Below, one piece after another: positions 24,324-31,501 of a stretch of 39,813 bases of DNA. Made by a program: the position numbers and the translations under genes. Positions within the stretch are counted from its first letter, which is position 1, and the number at the start of each line of letters is the position of its first letter. The notes below the pieces were generated by a model. The model was not told where the DNA came from. It did no database searches and saw nothing but the letters and a program-made list of their open reading frames with translations. This DNA is from Omnitrophica bacterium RIFOXYB12_FULL_50_7 (GTDB lineage: Bacteria > Omnitrophota > Omnitrophia > Omnitrophales > Aquincolibacteriaceae): positions 1 through 39,813 of the forward strand of contig MHFU01000026.1 in assembly GCA_001804345.1 (NCBI GenBank), given 5' to 3'.

Positions 24324-25721
24324 ATGCGTTCGTATCTCGAAACCTTCCATTCCTCCAAAACTCCCTGGGAGGTTTTTCAAGCAGTCCACGCAAGCTCCCC
24401 GGCTTGTTTTTTCCTGGATTCCCCCCAGTACGCTCCCCCGGATCAAGTTTACTCTTACATTGGGATGGATCCTGAGATAGAAGTTTCTCTTGAGAAGGGC
24501 CGGTTGACCATTTCCGGTGAAGAGAAGGGGAATTATCCCGCTGCCCAACTTTTCCCGCAGTTACGCCGGCTTTTGAAACAAAAAGGGGACAGGCATCTTT
24601 TAAAGAACAAAAGGAGCCAGTCCCAAGCTCCATTCTTTACTGGGGGGCTTGTCGGATATCTTGGGTATGAAACGGCGTCTCTTTGCGACAAAGTAAGTTT
24701 CCGTCCTAAAAAAGAACTTGGAATCCTGGAGGCGTACTTCGGTCTTTTCCGAAATGTGATCGTTTATGACCATAAAGAGCGGATTTATTACTTAGCAATA
24801 AATCCGCGGGACTCGTCCCTCGGGACTCGAGACTCGCAAAAACTAAAATCCTGTTTCGAAAAGTCCATGAAAGCAGAGCCACGTTTCCATCTTAAAAAGA
24901 TTGAGCCGGAAATATCGCGCGGGCATTTTGAAAAAATAGTAAGACGCGCGAAGGAATATATCGCAGCCGGAGATATCTACCAGGCAAATCTGTCCCAGCG
25001 GTTCAATTTCGGATTCCGGGGCTCCGCGCTTGCGCTTTACGACAGGCTCCGCTCAATTAACCCCTCTCCGTTCTCTTCTTTTTTCAAGATCCGGGACCTT
25101 CAGCTCGTGAGCTCATCTCCAGAACGGTTGATCCGTAAGATCGGGAATCTTTGTGAAACGCGGCCGATTGCAGGTACCTGCCCTGCGTATGGGCCTGAGA
25201 AAAAACTTCAGGAGTGGAAGAAAAAGCTTCTCCAGAATCCCAAGGAACGCGCGGAGCACCTCATGCTGGTAGACCTTGAGCGGAACGATCTCGGGCGGGT
25301 TTGTGATTTCCGCTCGGTCAAGGTCGACGAATTCATGACGCTTGAAAAATATTCTTATGTGGTTCACATTGTTTCCAAGATCGTGGGGCGGCTTAAAAAA
25401 GGGAAAGATTGTTTTGACCTGATCAAGGCAATGTTCCCGGGCGGGACGATTACGGGGTGTCCCAAGATCCGTTGTATGGAGATCATTGATGAGCTCGAGC
25501 CTGTGCGGCGCGGTATTTATACCGGTTCCCTTGGCTACATCGATTTGCGCGGTGATATGGACTTGAACATCGTGATCCGGACAATCGTTTTGAAGAACGG
25601 AAGGGGACATCTTCAGGTGGGCGCGGGGATTGTGTATGATTCGGATCCTAAAAAAGAGTATGAAGAGACATTGCATAAGGCTGAGGCGTTGATGAGAGCG
25701 TTAACAGAAGCGTCAGCATGA
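24324..25721 (+). CDS. pabB: Aminodeoxychorismate synthase component I (chorismate-binding TrpE/PabB family)
   Basis: Chorismate-binding motifs FFTGGLVGYLGYE, SSSPERL, FPGGTITGCPKIRCMEII and GIYTGSLGY. The neighbouring class-IV lyase gene favours PabB over TrpE. Confidence 0.8.
   Translation: MRSYLETFHSSKTPWEVFQAVHASSPACFFLDSPQYAPPDQVYSYIGMDPEIEVSLEKGRLTISGEEKGNYPAAQLFPQLRRLLKQKGDRHLLKNKRSQSQAPFFTGGLVGYLGYETASLCDKVSFRPKKELGILEAYFGLFRNVIVYDHKERIYYLAINPRDSSLGTRDSQKLKSCFEKSMKAEPRFHLKKIEPEISRGHFEKIVRRAKEYIAAGDIYQANLSQRFNFGFRGSALALYDRLRSINPSPFSSFFKIRDLQLVSSSPERLIRKIGNLCETRPIAGTCPAYGPEKKLQEWKKKLLQNPKERAEHLMLVDLERNDLGRVCDFRSVKVDEFMTLEKYSYVVHIVSKIVGRLKKGKDCFDLIKAMFPGGTITGCPKIRCMEIIDELEPVRRGIYTGSLGYIDLRGDMDLNIVIRTIVLKNGRGHLQVGAGIVYDSDPKKEYEETLHKAEALMRALTEASA
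24581..24626 (+). repeat. Decayed GGGGACAGGC hairpin copy inside pabB
   Basis: GGGACAGGC (24586-24594) pairs with GCCAGTCCC (24616-24624) with 1 mismatch. It is read in the same frame (K-G-D-R) as the folC copy. Confidence 0.55.
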
Positions 25722-25787
25722 CACCAAGACACAAAGGCACCAGGATGAAACGGGTGACGTGGCAACGCTGTGACAGGTGACCTAAAG

Positions 25788-26675
25788 ATGAGTTATGCAA
25801 TTTATCAGAACGGTAAAAAAGTTAGCGGGGAACTTCCGTTCGATCTTGTGCGAACGGAGGCCATCGGCATTTTCGAAAGTATGCGCGCCTATCGCGGGCA
25901 GATTCTTCATGAAGAGGAGCATCTCTCCAGGTTTTTGGAGTCGGCGAAGACCGTGGGATACAAACCTTTCCCAAAATTGGCGAGGCTCCAGTGGGAGCTA
26001 AAGTTAGCGCTCAGGGATTTTGGTGAAAAAGAATGTTTTGTCCGCTTGACCTTGTGGGAAGGCCATTCCTTTTTGATCCTGGGTTCCCGGGAACATTCGA
26101 AAGAGCTTTATGAGAAGGGCGTGGTGCTTAAAACGGCCTCTTTTCCTCGCGGGGGACCGAACACTTTCCCCTGGCAAGTTAAAGCTTCAGCCTACCAGCA
26201 GGCGATATTGGCCAGCACGGAGCCCCATCCGGACAAGATCTATGAGTGGGTGTTTCTGGATCCGAGAGGATTTCTCACCGAAACACGCGTCGGAAATTTT
26301 TTTATCGTGAAATGCCCCTGTCCACACCGGGTGTGTCACCCTGGACACACCCGGTGTGGACAGGGTGAGGAACCAACGCTACTGACGCCGCCGGAGCACC
26401 TAATCTTGAATGGAGTGACCCGGAGGTTTGTGATAAAATGCGCCTCCGAAATCGGGATCAAGGTTCGAGAAACCCCGTTGATCCGGCATGAATTTTTCAA
26501 CGCGGATGAAGCTTTTCTTTGCAATACTTCCTGGGAAATCCTGCCGGTCCGTGAACTGGATGGTCGCTTTATCGGTGCGGGAAAACCCGGTCCCATTACT
26601 TTAAAACTGCACCGCTATTTTAAAAGGAGGGTTCAACAAGATGTCACGTCACACCGTTCGTCGCGCGCTTATTAG
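25788..26675 (+). CDS. pabC: Class IV aminotransferase-fold protein, aminodeoxychorismate lyase-like
   Basis: Family blocks FESMRAY, GNFFIVK, LNGVTRR and ADEAFLCNTSWEILPV. Adjacent to pabB. ATG 25788 is preferred over GTG 25770. Carries a 17-codon palindromic insert. Confidence 0.75.
   Translation: MSYAIYQNGKKVSGELPFDLVRTEAIGIFESMRAYRGQILHEEEHLSRFLESAKTVGYKPFPKLARLQWELKLALRDFGEKECFVRLTLWEGHSFLILGSREHSKELYEKGVVLKTASFPRGGPNTFPWQVKASAYQQAILASTEPHPDKIYEWVFLDPRGFLTETRVGNFFIVKCPCPHRVCHPGHTRCGQGEEPTLLTPPEHLILNGVTRRFVIKCASEIGIKVRETPLIRHEFFNADEAFLCNTSWEILPVRELDGRFIGAGKPGPITLKLHRYFKRRVQQDVTSHRSSRAY
26316..26365. repeat. Perfect 22-bp-arm inverted repeat (6-nt spacer) inside pabC
   Basis: CCCTGTCCACACCGGGTGTGTC (26316-26337), spacer ACCCTG, GACACACCCGGTGTGGACAGGG (26344-26365). 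No mismatches. Confidence 0.92.
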
Positions 26676-28218
26676 CGTTTCTGATAAAACAGGCCTTATT
26701 CCTTTCGCCAAAACGCTACACAAGCACGGTGTGGAAATTCTCTCCACCGGAGGTACTTTAAAAGCCCTCAAGCAGGCTGTAGTCCCTGCAATGGCGGTAG
26801 AGGATTACACAGGATTTCCCGAGATGCTGGACGGCCGGGTGAAGACCCTTCATCCGAAGATCCATGGCGGCCTTCTTTTTCTCCGTCACAAGAAAAGCCA
26901 TCAAAAACAGGTCAAGGCGCATGGCATTAAACCCATCGACCTTGTGGTCGTGAATCTCTATCCTTTTGAGGAAGCGACAAGCAAAGGAAATCTAAGCATG
27001 GACGATGCCAAAGAGTTCATTGATATCGGGGGCCCTTCGATGCTCCGTTCCGCGGCGAAGAATTATCAATCGGTGACCGTGATCACAGACGTTCAGGATT
27101 ATGATCGCGTTGCCCAAGAGCTCGACGAGCATAGAGGAAGCGTAACCGATGAAACGCGTTTCGCGCTTTCCCAAAAGGTTTTCGAGAAAACCTCCGCCTA
27201 CGATGCCGTGATCAGTCAATTCATGGCCATGCACAAGAAAAAAACAGGGGAAGAATCCGCGCTGCCGCCGCAATTCGTTTTCCATTTTAAAAAGGCCCAG
27301 GATCTCCGGTACGGCGAGAACCCGCATCAAAAGGCTGCCTTTTATATCCCAACGACCCACAAGGCCTCGGCTTCCTGGACCCAGCTCCATGGTAAAGAGC
27401 TTTCTTTTAACAATCTTATGGATGTCGACGCAACGCTGGATGTCCTTGCCGAATTCAATGCGCCGGCGGCTTGTGTGGTCAAACACAACAATCCCTGTGG
27501 CATTGCTCAGGACACGCAGGCCCTTGTTGCGGTCGACAAAGCGATCGATGGCGATATTCTGTCAGCCTTTGGCGGGATCGTGGGCGTCAACCGCTGCTGT
27601 GACCGCAAGATCGCGGAAAAAGTCCTCGAGAAGCTCGCGTTCTTTGAAGTGCTGGTGGCGCCATCTTTCAAGCCGGGAGCGCTGAAACTTCTTAAGTCCC
27701 GGAAGAATCTCCGGTTGATCGAGGTTCATCAGTTTCGTGATGAGAATCTCTACGACGTGAAATTCCTTCGCGCAGGGATCCTGGTTCAGGAAAAGAATCG
27801 TCCCATCAAGGATCACATGGCGGAACTGAAAAAGAAACTCAACTTTGTCACGAAGGCCAAGCTTTCCGAAGCGGAGACCGAGGAGTTGATTTTTGCGTTC
27901 CAATGTTCCAAGGTTGTGAAATCGAACGCTATTGTGCTGACCCAGGGGAAGCACACGGTCGGGATCGGGGCGGGGCAGATGTCACGCGTGGATTCGGTAC
28001 AGATCGCGATGCAGAAGGCGGGTTATCTGGCCGAAGGTGCAATGCTTGGCAGTGACGCTTTTTTCCCCATGCCGGATTCCATCGAAATGGCGGCCAAGCA
28101 CAAGATCAAGGCCATCATTCAGCCCGGTGGTTCGATCCGCGATGCGGACGTGATCGCGGCTTGCGATCAAGCCGGCTTGGCGATGGCCTTTATCGGCGAG
28201 CGGCATTTTAAACACTAA
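26641..28218 (+). CDS. purH: Bifunctional AICAR formyltransferase / IMP cyclohydrolase PurH
   Basis: N-terminal RALISVSDKTGL, then GRVKTLHPKIHGG and LRYGENPHQ. 525 aa. Overlaps the pabC 3' end by 35 nt. Confidence 0.95.
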   Translation: MSRHTVRRALISVSDKTGLIPFAKTLHKHGVEILSTGGTLKALKQAVVPAMAVEDYTGFPEMLDGRVKTLHPKIHGGLLFLRHKKSHQKQVKAHGIKPIDLVVVNLYPFEEATSKGNLSMDDAKEFIDIGGPSMLRSAAKNYQSVTVITDVQDYDRVAQELDEHRGSVTDETRFALSQKVFEKTSAYDAVISQFMAMHKKKTGEESALPPQFVFHFKKAQDLRYGENPHQKAAFYIPTTHKASASWTQLHGKELSFNNLMDVDATLDVLAEFNAPAACVVKHNNPCGIAQDTQALVAVDKAIDGDILSAFGGIVGVNRCCDRKIAEKVLEKLAFFEVLVAPSFKPGALKLLKSRKNLRLIEVHQFRDENLYDVKFLRAGILVQEKNRPIKDHMAELKKKLNFVTKAKLSEAETEELIFAFQCSKVVKSNAIVLTQGKHTVGIGAGQMSRVDSVQIAMQKAGYLAEGAMLGSDAFFPMPDSIEMAAKHKIKAIIQPGGSIRDADVIAACDQAGLAMAFIGERHFKH

Positions 28219-28241
28219 AAGGCGTGGAACGGGTAGCGGCA

Positions 28242-28280
28242 AACGGGGAACGATTCGTTAACCGTTCAGCGTTCCCCGTT
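28242..28280 (+). repeat. GGGGAACG-family hairpin between purH and folC
   Basis: AACGGGGAACG (28242-28252) pairs perfectly with CGTTCCCCGTT (28270-28280). 28263-28280 is the exact reverse complement of 22795-22812. Confidence 0.7.
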
Positions 28281-28290
28281 CCCCGAGCCC

Positions 28291-29601
28291 ATGAACTACT
28301 CCCAAGCCCTTCGCTATTTGAATTCTTTTACCAATCTCGAAAAGCTCGCCCAGTGGCCCCAAAACTCCTTCTTCAATCTTAAACGGATGGAGCATTTGCT
28401 TAAAGCGGCAGGTCATTTGGAGAAGAGTTTTTTCCCCATCTTGATCGCGGGGACCACAGGAAAAGGGTCGACAGGCTTTTTTCTCGAATCTATTCTGAAG
28501 GCCAATGGCATCCGGACGGGTTACTATCACTCCCCGCACGTCGAAGATCCGCGCGAGAGGATCCGGGTTCAGGGAGACATGGTTTCCAAAAGACTTTGGG
28601 CCGAAGGGCTTTCCGCGACGCAAAAACTTCTCCGCCAAAAACCTCTTCCGAAAGCATGGGGCGTTCTGACCTATTTCGAGACCCTGACATTTCTGGCCAT
28701 TTGGATTTTTGTGAAAAGGGGCATCAAAGTCGGCATTTTTGAGATCGGGCTTGGCGGCCGGCTTGATGCGACCAATGTCCTGAAAGCGCCGCTTGTGATC
28801 CTTACGCCCATTCATCTCGACCACGAAGCATTCTTGGGCAACACTATTTCAAAAATAGCTGCTGAAAAAGCCGCGATCATCAAGACGCGAGGACACGCCG
28901 TGATCGGAAAACAATGCCCGGAAGCGCTTCGGGTGATCTGCGGTGCCGTGAAAAGGAATAAGGGAATTTTATGGAAGGCGAAGCCTATCGTCGGGATTTC
29001 GCTCGGGCTTGCCGGGGATTTTCAAAAGAGGAATGCCGGTGTTGTGCTGAAAGCCGCCGAGATCTTGCGGAAGTATTTTAATTTTTCAATAACACCTCAA
29101 CGATCGAAGGAAGGATTGCGATCCCGGAACTGGAAAGGACGCATGGAAAGTTTTTACCGAGGTGGCCGGCGATTTATCCTGGACGGTGCGCATAATCCAA
29201 TCTCGACAACAGAGCTGGTCCGGTCTTTGCGGAAAATGGAACCGGCCGCTCGCAAAGGGGACAGACCCCTTAAAAATTTAGGGGGTCTGTCCCCTTCATG
29301 GCTGGTGTTTGGCGCGATGAATGATAAGAACAGCCGGGAGATGCTCCGGGTGCTGAGCGGATTTTTTTCAAAAATAATCCTGACCGGCATTACGGGAAAT
29401 CGTGCCAAGCCGGTGGCGATGCTTATCGAAGAGGCGAAAGGGCTTTTCAAATGCGTTCTTACGGCCCAGAATGTTGGAGAATCGTTGGAGTTGGCGGGGA
29501 GAGCATCAAACTCCGGAGCTACTATTACGGTGACAGGGTCGTTTTATTTAGTCGGTGAGGCAAGAAAAATCTTAAAAAACCCGGGGAACGGGAAACGGTG
29601 A
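28291..29601 (+). CDS. folC: Folylpolyglutamate synthase / dihydrofolate synthase FolC
   Basis: Mur-ligase P-loop IAGTTGKGST, then EIGLGGRLDATN, LDHEAFLGNT, and LDGAHNP in the C-terminal domain. Confidence 0.88.
   Translation: MNYSQALRYLNSFTNLEKLAQWPQNSFFNLKRMEHLLKAAGHLEKSFFPILIAGTTGKGSTGFFLESILKANGIRTGYYHSPHVEDPRERIRVQGDMVSKRLWAEGLSATQKLLRQKPLPKAWGVLTYFETLTFLAIWIFVKRGIKVGIFEIGLGGRLDATNVLKAPLVILTPIHLDHEAFLGNTISKIAAEKAAIIKTRGHAVIGKQCPEALRVICGAVKRNKGILWKAKPIVGISLGLAGDFQKRNAGVVLKAAEILRKYFNFSITPQRSKEGLRSRNWKGRMESFYRGGRRFILDGAHNPISTTELVRSLRKMEPAARKGDRPLKNLGGLSPSWLVFGAMNDKNSREMLRVLSGFFSKIILTGITGNRAKPVAMLIEEAKGLFKCVLTAQNVGESLELAGRASNSGATITVTGSFYLVGEARKILKNPGNGKR
29255..29296. repeat. Perfect 15-bp-arm inverted repeat inside folC (GGGGACAG family)
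   Basis: AAGGGGACAGACCCC (29255-29269), spacer TTAAAAATTTAG, GGGGTCTGTCCCCTT (29282-29296). 42 nt, which is 14 codons. Confidence 0.9.
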
Positions 29602-29654
29602 ACGGGGAACGGAAAAACGGCTTGCGTTCGGCGTTCCCCTTTCCTCGTTACCCA
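29581..29654 (+). repeat. GGGGAACG-family hairpin spanning the folC stop codon
   Basis: Left arm CCGGGGAACGGGAAACGGTGAACGGGGAACGG contains the folC TGA (29599-29601). GGGGAACG (29604-29611) pairs with CGTTCCCC (29632-29639). Confidence 0.6.
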
Positions 29655-29664
29655 ATCTTTTAAT

Positions 29665-31056
29665 ATGCCAAAACTAGATCTCGACGATACGATTGCAGCC
29701 ATTGCAACTCCTAATGGTGAGGGAGGCATTGCGGTGATCCGCGTAAGCGGCTCCGGGGCGTTTGAGGCGGTCGAGCCGTTCTTTGTTTCCCAGGATCATG
29801 AAAAGTTGAGCGATGCGCCCGCCAATACGATCCGCTGGGGGAAATTCGTGGATCCCGCGCAGCTTCTCGTGGACCAAGTGCTTGTCAGCTGTTTTCGGGT
29901 CCCACGCTCCTATACCGGGCAAGACGTAATCGAGATCAGCTGTCACGGGGGTTTTGCAATTACGAGAAAGATCCTGGGGGTTTTGCTTTCGAAAGGCGTT
30001 CGCCATGCCGAGCCCGGGGAATTTACACGCCGGGCTTTTTTGAACGGGAAACTCGATCTCACGCAAGCCGAGGCCGTGCTCGATCTGATCCATGCCAAGA
30101 GCGATCGCTCACTCGATATCGCGATCCGTCAACTTTCCGGATCTCTTTCCCGTACGCTCAAAGAGTTAAAAGATGCGCTCATGCGACTTTTGGCTCACAT
30201 GGAAGCCTACCTTGATTTTCCGGAAGAAAACCTGGAAGTGAATGTCCAAAGTGGCATGCAAGATCAATTCACAAACGTTCAGGAAAAGATCTGCTCCCTG
30301 ATCGCGGGCTTTGAGCGCAACCAGTTGATCCGTGAAGGCCTCCTCGTGACCCTCGTGGGAAAACCCAATGTCGGGAAATCCTCGCTTTTTAACGCGCTTC
30401 TTGAACGCGACCGGGCGCTTGTTTCCGATCTGCCGCATACCACGCGCGATCCTTTGGAAGAAGCTCTCGAGATCCGGGGGTTCTATGTCCGATTGCGGGA
30501 CACCGCGGGATTGATTTCCGAGCCGGAACATCCCCTGGACAAGATGGGTATGGATCGGGCGCTTGGAACATTACGGGAAAGTCATGTGGTGTTGTATGTG
30601 GTGGATGGTTCTGTGCCGTTTGAGGAAGCCGACCGCCATGTTTTTCAACTGATTCCTGAAGACAAGAAGGTGATCGCGCTTGTGAACAAATCCGATCTCT
30701 CTTCTCGGATTGAAACGAAGGAGTTCGAAGCGTTTTTAGGCGATAAGTTCCCGATCCGGCTTAACGCGAAGACGCGTGAGGGATTTGGAGAGCTCGAAGA
30801 AAGGATTGCGGGTTGTTTAGAGCAAGGGACTTCCGAGGCGGGGGAGCAAATCACCAGGCTGCGACATAAAAAGGCGCTGGAGGCTGCGCTCGAAGCGTTG
30901 CGGCGTGCGCAGCAGTCTTTTCAAATGAAAATGTCGCTTGAATTTGTGACGCCGGACCTTCGCGCGGCCCTGGAGGCCATGAAAGAACTGACCGGTGAGA
31001 TCTATTCCGAGGATCTTCTGGATGTGATTTTTGCGGAATTCTGCATCGGGAAATAA
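29665..31056 (+). CDS. mnmE: tRNA modification GTPase MnmE (TrmE)
   Basis: N-terminal DTIAAIATP.GEGGIAVIRVSG. G-domain GKPNVGKSSLFNAL, TTRD and DTAG. Invariant C-terminal FCIGK. Confidence 0.95.
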   Translation: MPKLDLDDTIAAIATPNGEGGIAVIRVSGSGAFEAVEPFFVSQDHEKLSDAPANTIRWGKFVDPAQLLVDQVLVSCFRVPRSYTGQDVIEISCHGGFAITRKILGVLLSKGVRHAEPGEFTRRAFLNGKLDLTQAEAVLDLIHAKSDRSLDIAIRQLSGSLSRTLKELKDALMRLLAHMEAYLDFPEENLEVNVQSGMQDQFTNVQEKICSLIAGFERNQLIREGLLVTLVGKPNVGKSSLFNALLERDRALVSDLPHTTRDPLEEALEIRGFYVRLRDTAGLISEPEHPLDKMGMDRALGTLRESHVVLYVVDGSVPFEEADRHVFQLIPEDKKVIALVNKSDLSSRIETKEFEAFLGDKFPIRLNAKTREGFGELEERIAGCLEQGTSEAGEQITRLRHKKALEAALEALRRAQQSFQMKMSLEFVTPDLRAALEAMKELTGEIYSEDLLDVIFAEFCIGK

Positions 31057-31410
31057 TTTTAAAAAAATTCCTAAAAATATTTTTTAATTGCGTTGACATC
31101 AGAAGTTTCTTTGTTATCCTTGTCAGCGATTTATTTTTAATGGTTAACAAGGATGGCCCCAATTTCAGATACTCTGAAATTGATAAGAGGTGGGACTAAA
31201 ATTCCACTCGCTAAACGAATGAGCAAAGGAAATTTTACGCGCGAGTGTTTAGCGAATGGAAATTTTCGAAAAACCAGCTGGATTTTTATAAAACATAACC
31301 GATTCAGAAACTCGTGGTGCGTTTCTTGAATTTAGGAACTCCAAGGTACAAGTCTTAACATCCAAGGCATTCCATAGGTAAAAACGGTTCGTAGAAAAAA
31401 TTCGAATGAG

Positions 31411-31458
31411 ATACTATATATAGTGGTGCTGTTTTAATCTGGCACCCATATATAGTAA
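31411..31458 (+). promoter_or_regulatory. Two NrdR boxes upstream of nrdJ
   Basis: ATACTATATATAGTGG (31411-31426) and CACCCATATATAGTAA (31443-31458) match the 16-bp consensus acaCwAtATaTwGtgt. Starts are 32 bp apart, about three helical turns. Confidence 0.6.
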
Positions 31459-31501
31459 TATTTAATAAGCTTTTAAAAAGTTTAGGGAGAAAAGACGTTT
31501 T

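Noticed and set aside
25753-25785. Triple GTGAC repeat (GGTGACGTGGCAACGCTGTGACAGGTGACC) in the pabB-pabC spacer, possibly paired with GTCACGTCAC at 26643
   Set aside because: The words are short, there is no convincing hairpin or phased spacing, and it could be chance. It is noted only because GTGTCAC also occurs at the centre of the pabC palindrome.
26641-26675. 35-nt overlap of the pabC 3' end with the purH start as a possible frameshift or fusion
   Set aside because: The purH N-terminus (MSRHTVRRALISVSDKTGL) matches the family start and has an upstream AAGGAGG. The pabC tail is simply a non-conserved extension. There is no evidence of a frameshift.
31057-31410. Possible cobalamin riboswitch upstream of the B12-dependent nrdJ
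   Set aside because: I found no B12-box-like sequence (the conserved AGYCMGGAGACCKGCC-type core). In addition, B12 riboswitches normally control B12-independent isozymes or transport, not nrdJ. The region is kept as an unexplained finding only.
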